NCBI GenBank assembly: GCA_040954595.2
Contig: CM082598.2
Coordinates: 62,001-126,000 of the forward strand
From: Balanoglossus misakiensis
Taxonomy: Eukaryota; Animalia; Hemichordata
Direction: 5' to 3'
DNA: 64,000 nucleotides
The translations under genes were made by a program, and so were the position numbers. The stretch's first letter is position 1. Every line of letters starts with the position of its first letter. Below are positions 34,954-48,904 of the stretch, piece after piece. Below the pieces are notes generated by a model that searched no databases, was not told where the DNA came from, and worked only from the letters and a program-made list of their open reading frames with translations.

Positions 34954-35210
34954 AGCCTCATGAGCTGCCAATTTAACATATTTTTTCCTACAATAGAATT
35001 CTTCAAATCTTCTCCTTATCCTTTAAAATCCTAACAAGCCCTACTACTTGTATTTGCATCAGTTTATCATCTCTTGGCGAGGCATACGGAATACCACGAT
35101 ATCTGCATGCTATGGGTGTGGCACTCGTTAAAATATATTGTATTCAAATCTGAGTTGGAAAATAAAATCACGGAAAAGTAATGCAAAAAGTGGCAGCTCT
35201 CGCAGAGGCT
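34954..35210. mobile_element. Kolobok-type MITE (TTAA|AG...CT|TTAA)
   Basis: TTAA AGCCTCATGAGCTGCCA ... TGGCAGCTCTCGCAGAGGCT TTAA. Confidence 0.65.
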
Positions 35211-38200
35211 TTAAAGCCTTAGAATGTGAACCCCCTAGTTGAGCAATTATGGTCAAGTAGTCATGAAACTCGTTAAAGGCTGGCGTTAGCTCAGGATTCC
35301 TACGGTGCAGGGATCACTGGGAACATCGTCGTCTAGATATTTTCTCTCGGATGCCGTTCGCGAGGCAGATTGTCGCATCTCTGATTGCTGGGTGGAGGGA
35401 AGTAGTTAAACAAAATCCACGAGTGCTCCTCAGAGGGTTTAATCGACAAATAAAGATGTGTTTTCTCGATTAATCGTCTGCTTTGTTCAGCGTGCTGTCA
35501 AATTTCAATTTGTAGTCAAACAACACAAGTGTTGCCAAGAGATGGTGAAGCTTAGCTGAGCGATTAAAAGAAGTGCATTAAAAGCGAAAATTACACACGC
35601 CTACAACAAGTCAATTGTGCGCCAAGGCTTTGCAATTATCGTTGATTAAGTAAATATATCATTCATGTAAATTGCTCTTTGGGACGCACATTCATTGTCC
35701 GTGTGAACGTCAAGTAAAAGGGCCTCATTACACAAAGCCGTTGCCACATGTGAATTTATAGCCTGTACGTCTGACATATGTCTTTAAAAAATGGAATTTC
35801 TTTGGGATACACACAGAACAGGAGCTTGTCATCAGTCATAAAAATTACTCTACGGTGATCAATATACATAGTTTACCTTTTGGGCCATGGTATTCATAGG
35901 GCTTTATAACCTTTTCAAATAAATGTCACCCTCGGGGTATGAAGCATGGAAAACCCAAAAACGTCAACTGAAAAGGTCGATGGGCATGTCGGGTGTTCAT
36001 GTATGCATTGCACAAACCGTACACTTACTATGAGAGAGCGATTCCCCAGTAGGCATAATTTTGTTGCTTACTACGAGCTGAGTAAAGCTAGAATGCTTTG
36101 TGTAATTCTACAACGAACATCCTCAGGAAGAGTTCTAACTGGAGAAACCAACTCAAGCGTGCGTTTGATTTCTAAATGACCTTGGACTAATCTACATCCT
36201 CATAATATTGTTGGTATGAAACCTGTAAATAATCTATAAACACTCTAAAATTCACTGACATTTGGATTGAATTGCCACAGCAAATCTTTGCATGATCTGG
36301 GAACCACAATAGTAAAACTTCGATACCACAAATTGAAATAGAAAACACAAAAGTGGAAAGCTCACGTAGGGAAAGTGCCCAAATGCAAACAGGTAAATCC
36401 AATGAGACATGAACGCCTTCCCCACGTGATACAATGATAGGAACATGCGAGTGCTTTGTATTTGGCTAAACGACACGCTTGAACATAACAACAACTCAGT
36501 TGGCCCTGTAGTCCACACATTTCAGCATATTCTTGATTGTGAAGACACAGAATCAAATGTCAACTATGCAATCAAAAACTGTGGCCATAATTTAGAATAA
36601 AATACAGACAACTGAAGTTCTGTTCACGTCACCGTTGTTGCCAAAAGTTCAACACAGTGGATCGCAACTTGACCTACCGGTACTGAGTCATTCTCCTGGG
36701 TAAAGGATATATGCCAACAGATTACGTGCCCTGGGTGTGAAATTGGGGTGTTAATCCCACAAGTAATATTAGTAGGACTTACTTAATCTATAGTTATTAT
36801 TGTAATTTGCTACTGTAAGAAATAACATAAGCCCACAGTCTTTAAAGATACATGATGACCTATGTACGCAATCACATATGCAAATTTAGTCACATTGGAA
36901 GTTGAGATCCAGCTCAGCTAATTACATATTTTCACTCATTTCAAAATACGCAGCTACCTATGCAAATATAGCCATATTGAATGCTGAGATCCGGCTAATC
37001 ACATATTGCCATGCGAAAATACTGGAAATTAGAATTGACTGTGTTCCTTTAAACCCCTTGCAATTTATTGGACTTCCGCGTTATGATTGACAGAAAAAAA
37101 AGCATTGAAGTAGAGATCACAATGACAGTTTCTGACCACGCTGTGTCACTGCATAAATGCAACGCCATTATTCTATTTGAATTATAGCGCAATTATTACA
37201 GCTACGCATTGATTTGATTGCGTACATTATAAAGAAGTCCTTTGGGCAATCTATTCCCACTGTAAAATAATACACACGCTATTGTAAACTGCTCACTGAT
37301 TGGCTGTTTTATCACTAACCCGAGTAGTTCCTGTTGTGCGTGCCAATATTCAGTGACGTTTCATTGCAATTTGAGAGTATTCAATTTTTTTTCTCTTATG
37401 TCAAATGTTTTACGACGCCAATAAGAGCTCTTGTCAGCATGGTTTTACAAATTAGATTTTCAGTTTGAATGCAAAGCCCTAGTATCCATGGCAATGCACG
37501 CTCTCAATGAGCGCTACTTTGCACTTTACCGTCGGAAATGTTGTGAACATGAGTCTATTGGTGATAAAATCCTGCTTTGGAAAGTATGCTATGGTGATTT
37601 AAGTAGCGAAATATGTAGCTCTTGGATCCATATTCATACAGCACTGGTCAATTTACCTACGAGTTTCACTGTTCGGCAGAGACTGATAATTTGATTGCAG
37701 TACAGGTTTTCTGCATGGCACACACTAATTCTTTAGCTGAGAGACCGATGCCATGGTATACCACGGCGCAAGCACACGTTTGCATACATCGGGAAATAAC
37801 ATTGCGCAGTTGAGTGAAAAGGTTGTCCATGGGATTGTTTCTACGAAACCACACATTTCCCCGCCGCAAAGCCCTCTAGACCGCTGATAACATTTCTCGC
37901 TGTCTAATGTGATCGACTTCAGCACCCTGCTCCGCCTTTAACTAGGAGTAAATGTGCGCGGCTTTTCACAGAAGATAGACAGTGTGATCTCTGTTCCGTA
38001 AAAGAACTGGGAAAAGTAGGTCTTTAATCAAGTTTTCAACCCACGAATTGCTACTGCGTAATCAAATCGGAAATCTTGCTCTATCAGTCTGGTGGTTACA
38101 CCTGCTATCGTTAAATGTGACCATTTACTGTAATCTGCACATATTTTTACGACATAGCTAAATGCAGTTCACAGTCCTAAACTACCGCTACTTCTCTGAG

Positions 38201-41200
38201 AAACATGACAACATGACGGATGTCTCGCCACATCAAGTGACGCATGCCCTCCCCATCGCTAATTGGACAAACTAACCACTGGCAGGTAGGATGAGATTTC
38301 ATGGACATTTTCGGGTAGTCAAATAATGTGCCTCTAACATCGATGTAATTTTAAAACGTGTCAAAGGATGATGGTGATATATTATTCAAAATAATTCTCT
38401 TGCCGGTTTGAGATCAGTCTGTTGTAATAAGACTCGTGGTAGCTATGGAAACCATGGGTCAAGTGAGAACATTGCAATTTTTTTAAGTCGCTGCCAAAAT
38501 ACTACATTGCCGTGCTGAGAAACTGTAGAGTAAAATGTAGAGTACCTCAAAGAAGTGAGCATGAATCTCCTGAGAACATGCAAGCATGACACAATAGAAG
38601 AAACTTGATGAATCATCCTTGAAATGAGAGTTCTCCGCGATTCTGAACAAGACACAAAAACACCTCTGTCTGTCGATGTTGAGGTGAATTTAGAAACATG
38701 AAGCATGTTTCGTCATGAACATCGTCTAAAGGTGATTTCAGATACTGGATGTTTAGTGCAAATTGGCGAGATATAGGAAAATGTTGAAATTGGCACACAT
38801 AACAGAGTAAATCCGGAACAAGACGGAAATTTGCTCGTAATCCAGTTATTTGTAACTACTCATTCATGTTAAAGGGACGGTTTCTATAAAGTTTGGCTAT
38901 TTTGTTTCAGTAGATTTGTTTTATGTGTCAACTTCAGTTTCTTGTTCTACTTCGCATGGCATGTTAAAATAGTCAGTACCACTTGTCTACAAAAGTATCC
39001 AATTCATGGCAACTTGCAACAGCACGACGAACAGATAATAATGTGTATCAAACACATGTGTCGTCTGTCAGACTTATCGGCGCCTATCTATTTGGTACTG
39101 GATGCCCTTTCGTTCAACGAACATGATGTGGCTGGTGAGGGACTTTACAGAAATGTCAGCTGAGACTCGAAGCTCTGGCTCTTGATTCATGAGCGCTGGC
39201 CGCCAGCATCCATTTGATGCTGGGAGAGTTCATCACTGATGACTTATTTTTTTAAACTATGGCACTGAGGAAAGTCTTCCTTTTAAGCGATGGATGCTGA
39301 CAATATTGTCTTAATGCTGCATATGCCTCAAGGAAATGCAATTGCATTAGCCAAGGAAAATGTAATTAAGCTAGTCCCCTCATTTCAGTTTGGAGTAGTG
39401 TTCGAAGGCCAAATTTATCACAGACCAAACGCAGTTCCTAGAAAATTAATAACTTTCCATTGAATTGGTCCCACAAAAAAGGATGGGCAATTTGCTAGTA
39501 AGTATATGTAAAGTTGAATCTATGCCATTTGGCAATTAAAGTGGACCTTGAGAACAGTTCAACTAAGAGCCAACGGAATAGATAATTAGTTGATTGCCTG
39601 CCAATAAACACATTTTCTGTGGTCGCTGAGCATATTGAGCTTGGTAAATGCGCAGTGACTTAGTCTGATTTTACATCAACACTGTATTTCCGCCCAAGGT
39701 CGGAGGTTTACAGGTGGAAAATTTGGCTCATCATAGTTCAAAACTTTTCAACCTTCAAAGTTATCCTTGTTGACATAATATGTGTTTTCCTCTTGAATCT
39801 ATATTCTCTTTGAGGTTTGTACAGTTACAATGTACTGCAATAGCTGATTTAAACAATAAACTTAGGTTTGGGATACAATACAGCGTGGTTACTGCTGGTT
39901 TGTTATGTACACATGCAGAGCTAGTCTCTACTGTTGTAGCAATTTTGAAACCAACATATGAAATAATGTATGAAAGTCAACCACATTTGTGATACGGTCT
40001 AATGTGGTCAAGAGTCTGCCACCATTTGCTAGTTTTGTCAACAGTTAGACATTTCAAATACATGTATACATTAATTAAAACATATATGGTAGACATTTTC
40101 AGTGACATATGACGCCGAAACTAGCGCAAACCTAGTGCTTTGTAAGGCTATTTCATGCAAATGTTGTCTTCTGGTTAATTTTACGAAATAAATTGCAAAA
40201 TAATACAATTCCAATCCACGAGTTTGCCATTTATGCAATTTTTATGAGTTTCTTTACAATAAAATGCTTCCCTGGGGGCATGCCATGAAATATTTAGGCT
40301 GTAAATCTGGAAGCAATTATGGGATATTGAAATGTCTGTGGACACTGACGATAGAGCTTGTTATTACTGTAAGTATAAGTCTGTCAGTGGAGATGACATC
40401 CTGTGTCGACAGATATACCAGAGAAGGCATTTTCAAATCGGATTACGCTTATCTTACCAAGCCTCCAACAACTCTTAGTCTCATATCAAAACATTCATGA
40501 ACCAAAATCTTTGGTGAATGTAATATTAAATGCGGTTTTCCTTTGCTAAAAGATCAAACTGAATATATTTCGTATTTATATATACCGTATTATATTTTTA
40601 TATATTTCGTACAAAAAAACAACATTTTGGCAATCATTTTCCACAAACAACGTTAACACGGTGTTCAGCTAAATTATTGATGAAGACTGCCAATGTTCTT
40701 TAGGGAGTGTAACTAACATGCAAGATGCAACTCATGGCGTTATTATATCTTTCAGCTTCATTAATTTAACATTATAGTTATCTACATGCATGTATGCCGA
40801 GAACACGCCTGGAGCACGTAATCAGTAATAATCCTGAAACTAATAACACTAGAAAAGTACAGTTTAGGATTTCCTCATTCAGACTCCAATATATCTAGGT
40901 TAGGATTTATTTTCTTTCCAAAGCTTTCAGAGCACATTCAACTGAACTCAGGTTAGACAACACTCAAGGTGTGTTTTTGTCAGCAAGGTGAGGCAAAAAT
41001 TTCCAGAAATTGCCTCTTTCGATTGCATAATAACGTAATGTCACACAATAAGAGGTTTCGTTGAACGCTGTATGCAGCTTCTCCACTCCATGCAGATTAA
41101 ATGACACGGAAACTAAGTATTTGACAGTTAATGTCTACTGGCCTAAACACTATGGTTGTGTAAATGGATCACCCTTCTGACACAGACCCTTGATGAAGCT

Positions 41201-44200
41201 ATAACATCAACCATCTCCGCTTTAAAGATCTTTGTCGGAAAGATAGAGGATGTACCGCTGCGCAATCACTTCTATACTCATTTTGCTTTTATGACAGCGG
41301 GGAACATACCCTTTATCTGTTTCGTGTCTGTTTTGCTGGATGGATGACTAGTTCTTTATATTTCTCTTTCGGTCGGTCTGTCTTTCTGTATGTATGTATG
41401 TGTGTGCGCGTGCGTGTGTGTGCATCCTTCATTTATAGTGTCACACACCAGGAAAATAGTAAAACATTTTATGCTGTCAATTCTGGTGAAGTGCACACTG
41501 AATTAAAATCTCCACTTTCAGCACTAGGATGATTACTATTCCGTATTTCCGGACACTTTTCAATTTCCTTTCAATTTACTGTCATGCACTGAAAAATTAC
41601 TCTTTCGCTTGTTAAAGTAATGGTCTGACGCGCACGGTTTCCGCTGCTGCCAATACAAAATGCACAGAGGGGTCCGACTCAGCTCTCATGCACACTTAAT
41701 ATTCGCCAATGTCAGCTCGCCATCATCGTTGGCATGGCAACATGTTTTCAGGGTGGGCGGCTTTTTATACTGATCGGCAACGTTTGCAAATTTCAACTGG
41801 AAACGACATACATTCATGAGATGTAACCATAAAATAAAATAAACCATAAAATAAGGAGAGTCGTTTCTATTCCATTCATATACCAACCATGCCGAAAAGG
41901 TGAGTTGAAGTCAGAACTGTCGAAAAAAGCATTTGAAAACAGAAACAGGTCTATTTCTACAGTAAACTTGATTTATAAGTCAGCAATAAAGGTGAGTGTG
42001 CCTGTCTGCAAAATCATGACATGAACTGCACGCTCTCCTGCATAACGAATACTTGTCCATTTAATTCAAATGCTATAGTCATACATGCTAAACTTAAAAT
42101 CAAAATGTCTGGTGTTTCAACACGCGCAATTGTGCCGATAGGCAGAACTTTACAATTAAAAATCCTACACAAATCCGGGAGACCATGAAACAATGTAAAA
42201 TTAATGATTCTGGACTGCTATTAAATGACTGTCCTGTCCACCTGTGATGTGCATCAGTTATATTTAGATGGTTCTTACACGCCGACATTCCCAATCCCCT
42301 TTAATAACACATAGCCTGCAGAGATTATTATTCTCTGAAACGGAAATTTAGAATTTCAAGCTGTGGTGTATTTTTAGCACTGTTAACATGCAAAAAGGGC
42401 ACACGACAATATCTACTAGTGTTTTCGGGTCATATTTGTATTGTTTCCCCTCTATTGTCGAGGTCAGAAAATCTTGGTTTGAAGATGTTGCTGTCATATT
42501 ATAGTATACGAGATTTATATCGACCTAATGAAAACAAAAATCAACCACAAAAGACACTGGTAGAAGGACTAAGGACCCACACCTAATATAATAAATGCTA
42601 AAGCATGCGTCAGGTCAACCGAGGCATACGTGAATGTTAAAATCAAGCAGGCACCAGGAGAATTCAAACATATTAACCTTTTGACCCCGAGAAAAGGAAA
42701 CACGAATGTTTTCATTTTTTATCAATTCATGCCAGAAGTGCGATCATCACACTGAATACCTGAGGTCCGGGGTCACACAGGAGCACTCCTGGTTACTATC
42801 GACACTGATTCCCCCCGAGTAATTCCCTTCCAATTCTAAGAATTATTAAGTTTAAGACCTTTTTTCTGAGTGCCTGGTGAGATTGACAGAACAGTCTTAC
42901 AGAGTTTACACTCTCAACTGTTCCTTTTTATCCGACATTGTTGTTCTTTGAGCTAACTACATTGTACTAGTGTCTTGTTCAAATACTCGACGTACCGTGA
43001 TGAAATGTTCAAAAATTGGTTTATCAAAACTGCCAACTCTGCAAAACAATTTTGTGTTCTTATTGGCATCTTGACAATAATTCTTCTTCAATAAATGACT
43101 GGTCAGAACACACTCTTGTCATTCCAATCACGTCAAACGTCATTTTTCTGCCAGTGAAAAACAACAAATTTTGTCGATGAATTTTATCTTGAAAAGTCTA
43201 CCCCGTTGTCAAGCGGATTAACAGCTTTCTTCCTCGATAAGGAGGTCGCTTTCAAAGAATACCAACATAAACAGACAGAATCTAGCCATCAACATTAATG
43301 GTTTGATCCAGGGTTGCACCAAAGCAAAACTACAGCCTGGATTATCAGAGAAATGGAATACAATTTCGCAGTGAAAGCTTTTTTATGTGTTGTCGCTTTA
43401 TTGAACGCCCACGTGTATCCATTTTCAGTCAGCACAGGAAACAAGAAATATCATTTCTTTCAAAGTATAAGTACATTGGACTGGAAAGGTTACCTTTATG
43501 CCAACTAATTACTGTTAGATATTATAATTTATCGCGGTTTAGTTGTCAACAACATAATCATTCCATACGAAGATTTATCATCATAATCAACATCAGCAGC
43601 AGCAGCAACAACAACAACAACAAAACAACAACGCATATTCATATTGCTTTGCATTTTGTAGAAGAAGTCAGTGAAATTATTCCAAAATCACATATCTATC
43701 ACGCATCTAGAAATCAAAATCCAATCAGCAGACAAGTCTTAATTCACATACGTATTAGGTAAGCACCATGTAGATGATTTTGTTGAATTTTGCATGGTAT
43801 TAATTTGGCAAATCGTGATTTTTGAGCTTATGGCTTTGAGTTGTAGAATAATAGATGCACAGATCATTACGTCAGACGGCAAAATTCTATCTGGCATGAT
43901 GAATGGTTTCCCATAACCATTTACAAAATTGATAATAGTCATATCATTTGAAAGACATCCCAAGATTGTGCTCTCTGACAAAACATTAAATGCTATGCGA
44001 CCACTCATAATGGCCGTCGCCCATGCGTTCCTTGGTTTCGATGGGGTGAAAATCTACTCCATGTCTCACAGTGGCATTTTAGCTCAAAGTCATACCACAA
44101 TGCAAGGCCTATTTCAAAAGAAGAAGAATTTTATAAATCAGTTAAAATATTTATAAATCACCTAATTTATCTAAATATGGGAATGAGCAGAAATGTTATT

Positions 44201-45554
44201 AAAGCCTAGAGTTGCGTACAGCAATAGACTTGAAAACCGATGGGAAGGCTTATCAGGATCTGGGGGCATGCGTAGGAGGTATTTAGAGCAAGTGAATAGC
44301 GGCAAAATGATGAATTATGATCTTGGTTTCAGATTTACAATCACTATCAATGTACATCATCGAGTCAGAAAAGTTTAAAATTCACATTACGTTGGCACAC
44401 CCTGCCTATACAACATCACTGTTTCTGTGAACTGCAAAGGTCGACAAAATAAGGCGACAGAGACTGTGATATAATAGTGAGATGAAATATCTGAAGGACA
44501 TACAGGGCCTTGGGAAGAGCCTTTAGGATGTATGCGCATGCGAGGAATTTGTCAGATTACATGGGGATTTGCTAGAAAACCCATTGATTTCTACTATTGT
44601 CATTTACATCAAATTTTGTAGAGACACACAGCATGTGCACTGGCATACATACAGCGTTTATAAGTTCCAAATGAAAATGGTCATATCTTCAAATCACCAT
44701 AGATATGAGAGACATATTACGCCACGAATGTGTTGTGTAAGACGCTTCAATATTACACAACACAACAGCCTATTTATGCAAGTTTGTAAATTTCTTGTCT
44801 TGAAACGACAAATTTTGGGCGGAAAATTCCATTTTGTACACACTTCACAGCTAAAGTGTACTGTTCATTACTGTTGAAGGTCAGTCCTGTTTCACAGAGG
44901 GGCAGAAAATATGCAGCTTGGAATATCCACAAAAGGCCCATTTCAGGGACAGACCAGGCGGTTGAGGGTGAATGGGCCCTGCTCAGAGCAGTTCACTGTA
45001 AACAGGCATTCTAGTTGCAATGTCGTAGCTTTTTCAGACAGTTGCGGGGGCATTCTTTTCTTCTCTGCGATTTGCTTGAAGTCGCCTCGTACATGGCTTT
45101 TTGGAAAGAGATACATCTACTATACATACAGATCTTATTGTGTCCATTGCGCATGTTTTTCCACAAATAAAGAATCCCATTACACTCTCGTTCCATAATA
45201 TCTATCAGTCAGCTCTCGGTTAACAATAGCGCAGTAGTTTTTTTCACGATATTTCGGTGATGAGAATTTTTCATTTACTATTGTTTGGACTTTACCTGAC
45301 CTTGATAGGTTCATTTAAGACACAGCATCTTTTGGTGGCTGTGTTTAACAAGATGATAACAGTTGTATCTTTAAGATGGAATTGAGATTATCATGTAAAT
45401 GCATGTTAACTGTAATGTCATGTGGATTAGATTAGAAAAGTCTTCGTTTTAAGTTAAATATTCACTAGGATTATCGTCCTGGTTCGTATTTTATGTGCAT
45501 GACTTGCTGATTTTTCATCTTTGCATTCTTCAGGTCGAAGAGAGTCTACTTACA

Positions 45555-46793
45555 ATGGCCGTAGCAAGGAGGAAAGAAGACCTTAGTCTGGTGAGAGACG
45601 TTCGCAAAAAGTACAGCGATACCACATTGAATTCTTCGCAGAACAGTGTCAACATGCCCGGTCAAGCTTTCTCTAGTTCTCGCATTGTTGCGTCTTGCCC
45701 TAATCTGTTGGACGAACCCGTCCATGGAGATTCGATGTTGACTGTCAACACACACCGAAAGTTGCAGATGTCGGTGTCCAGTGACGGCACCACCAACGCG
45801 TCACGCTCGCGCGTGGATAGTTACTCGCGCTGGCAGAGTCGCCACTCAAGCACGAGCAGTGACCCGCCAAGAATCAATGTTGTGCCATTCAACAGCTCGT
45901 CGAGGTCGACCAGCCGAGATTCGGTCAAATCATCGGTGACGTCAGTCTACAGCTCAAATGAAGTGCTTGATCTCAGCAAAGTCATACCAACAATTCGAAT
46001 TGACGACACACCGAAAGCAAATTTCAAGAATTCTCTTTTGTCGTCAGTGACATCACCAAGTGATAAGACAGTCAAATACGGCTCGTCACCATGGAATTTC
46101 ATGAATGTGAGAGAAGAACGATCTCCAGAGGAAAACACCTCACATTCAACGTCGACTTTGACAGAAAATAATGCGGACTGTATCAGCGAGGTTGCAATTG
46201 AACAACTTCCGATCTTCTACGGGGATCAGAATATCTCTCAGATTCTAGATTTTCTCTTCGTCGGAAACATCGATGCTGCCTACAACGAGCCGTTACTTTG
46301 TCGTTTGAATATAAACACTATAATCGACATGAGTAACATTTTGCCAAAAGACGTACCCAGGTCAAAGGTCAAAGATTTCCCCTGTTCTTGTCCGTCGCCA
46401 TTGAAACACTCTCGGGCGCGTCTGAACATTTCGATAAATAACTCCGAGAACGAGGACATAATGCTGTATTTTAAAGAGATCAATAATTTTCTGGAAGGAG
46501 CAAGGCTGAAGAAACGGAATGTACTGGTGCACGGTAACCATGGTCGCTCTCGTTGCATTGTCGCCGTCATACAGTACTTGATGCAGTGTCGGCACATGAA
46601 TTTGGAGGACGCGTATAACCTGGTGAAGAAGAGGCGCCCGGGAATCCAAATGAACGCCGGTTTTCAGCGGGCTCTGGAAAAACTGGAGTTGAAACTCCAC
46701 CCTGGAAAGGCTCCGTCGTTCCTCTTTGACACAGAGTCCTCAAAAACCATTAAGGGGACGACTTACAAAGGCACGCAACAGGCCTGGGTTTGA
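45555..46793 (+). CDS. Dual-specificity-phosphatase-fold protein with catalytic Cys->Gly (pseudophosphatase), ~412 aa, single coding exon
   Basis: DSPc motifs ISQILDFLFVGN, VLVHGNHGRSRC, IQYLM and AYNLVKKRRPGIQMNAGFQRALEKLE. Ser-rich N-terminal half. Acceptor TTCTTCAG at 45533, ATG in ACAATGG context. Confidence 0.9.
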   Translation: MAVARRKEDLSLVRDVRKKYSDTTLNSSQNSVNMPGQAFSSSRIVASCPNLLDEPVHGDSMLTVNTHRKLQMSVSSDGTTNASRSRVDSYSRWQSRHSSTSSDPPRINVVPFNSSSRSTSRDSVKSSVTSVYSSNEVLDLSKVIPTIRIDDTPKANFKNSLLSSVTSPSDKTVKYGSSPWNFMNVREERSPEENTSHSTSTLTENNADCISEVAIEQLPIFYGDQNISQILDFLFVGNIDAAYNEPLLCRLNINTIIDMSNILPKDVPRSKVKDFPCSCPSPLKHSRARLNISINNSENEDIMLYFKEINNFLEGARLKKRNVLVHGNHGRSRCIVAVIQYLMQCRHMNLEDAYNLVKKRRPGIQMNAGFQRALEKLELKLHPGKAPSFLFDTESSKTIKGTTYKGTQQAWV

Positions 46794-47793
46794 AGATCAT
46801 TCTCATGTTATCTGACTTGACAAAGTTGGTTGCACAACTTCGAATCATCGTTTATACAAAAACACAGAACTTGGCACAATGTTGAGTCGATCTGCCGCAT
46901 AAGTAAAAGAAACTAGCGATGGCAGTAAAAAAGAAGCCAACAATGTCAATGGTAGGACAAGGGAGAAAAAAGTTGTCACGGTGACAACTGACACACAGGA
47001 AGGCCGAATTTTCATGGCTACCGGTAAATTACAGATGACACTCGATCAGGACCGGAGCGAAAAACGTGTGCTTATAAATGATAATTGTACCCGAAATATG
47101 GCTATGGAGGTATTTCTGAGCCATAATCGCTCAAGAGATGAAAATAAGTACAGTGAACAACAGTATTCTGGGAATGACATTTACGCAATGTCCCAAAAAT
47201 AATGTATTCTTGGAAATCCTCAAATACAGTCCCTTGAACATGTGACACAGGCAATCATTCGAAGTGTTCATAGATGAAAACAGAGGCCAATCAGCATACG
47301 TACAATTATACTGACATTGATTGCTGTAAGATTTATAATTGTTTCCTGATTATTAAAAGCTAGATTCTTATCAGTGTTACTTTCTAAATTGCATATTTGA
47401 TGTGTATGTAAAGTTCCTTTACATAGCTGATTCTGTATTGTTTTTAACTTGACTTGAAACTATTGTAAGACCAGGTCTACAATTTCATACTAGAACTGTT
47501 ATTCGTCAACTGTTTTCAGACAACCAGAAAGTCTTTGCTTTGCACACCACAGTAATACCTTGTATGTACACGCTAACCTGTCCACATAGACTGTAATTTC
47601 TTCAAATGGAAAACACTAAAAATTTATCAGACAGGCTGTGTGAATGTTACAGAGGAACTCATGATCATTTCAAGGTGATGAGAGCCAGTAAAAAGACAAC
47701 TTGAAGGGTCTAAGTCCCCTTTTTACATAAAACCAAGGGGCTGTATGACAATTTCAACAAACTTAGGAGGGGGGTGCAGTATTGAGATGTTAA

Positions 47794-47978
47794 AGGTATA
47801 CGGTCACCTATGGAAAATTAGCTATAGTTACCATGGCAAATTGAGATCAAGCCAATCACAGATTTTCAGTGGGTGGCACACGCGAAAAAAAGAGCGCCAT
47901 CATATGTTCTTTAGAACGCTCAAATACTCTATTTCAGCCATATATGGGCGTATGTAAATTGGGGGTGACTGTATACCT
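47794..47978. mobile_element. Kolobok-type MITE; inverted copy at ~56969-57155 and fragments at ~55981-56102
   Basis: TTAA AGGTATACGGTCACC ... GGTGACTGTATACCT TTAA. Internal CCATGG/AGCCAATC segments are shared with the SND1 intronic copy. Confidence 0.75.
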
Positions 47979-48904
47979 TTAATAGCTAATACCCAAGATG
48001 CCTAATATGTTTACAAAAATAGTTTCTTTACAATCTTTTCCAGTTTATGGGAGCCAACAAAAAGGGCAAGTCTGAGGCACGTGTTTTCTTTTTACATAAC
48101 TTGTAGGGTCAGGGTATCTTTTTAGAAAGCTTTGGAGATTTTACAAACTCTGTGATACCAGTACAAAGATGTCAAAATCACCCCTTCAGCTTTATGGCCC
48201 CTATGGGTAATCATAAAACAAGAAAGCTGCCAAAATACAACATAGTGAAAGGTTCTCTCCAGTGAAACAGTTGATGCATAGGTAACTGCAGCAAATTGTT
48301 TTAAAAAAGTGTAATTTGAGTTAGAAATTGCTTCTACATTATGATTATTAAACATGGTTTTCATCCAACATCTCGCACTCAGTCCTTTTTGTCAGCACAG
48401 CAAAATATCTCTTTGTGAAAATATATTCCATTACTGTTACAATTAGTGAAAAATTGTAAAAATATCAATTGAAAATATCATATATTAACTCGCTCACAAT
48501 AATGCAAAATTAAACATTTGCACATGCATTGAAGCAAATTCAAAATACTTTTGGTCATATTTTATGATAATTTATTGCACAGTGGAACTTTCTGTAACAC
48601 CAGGTCAATCAAACTTGTATATATGAAAGTCTCCTGTGGTTACTGACACCTTTTCCTTGTCTTTTTACTGGCTACGAAGAACAGTGCCTGTATTTGATAT
48701 GTAGATAGATGCTAGCTTATTTGAATAAAATGTAATATCATGGATTATAGACTTTTTTCCCTTTTTAATAGATAAAATTCATTGACTAGAGGCCATCTTC
48801 ACAATTAGTTAATATTTTTTTTCAGCTATTTTCGTAGTCAACAAGTAGATAAAGTTTTGTCTAGACGCTTGTTTTCAATTTGTTAATGCAGTTATTGATC
48901 GTCT

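Noticed and set aside
45495-45554. ORF-track N-terminal extension of the DUSP-like protein
   Set aside because: It begins at GTG and runs through a polypyrimidine tract and acceptor. The first ATG is at 45555, although an in-frame upstream coding exon cannot be excluded.
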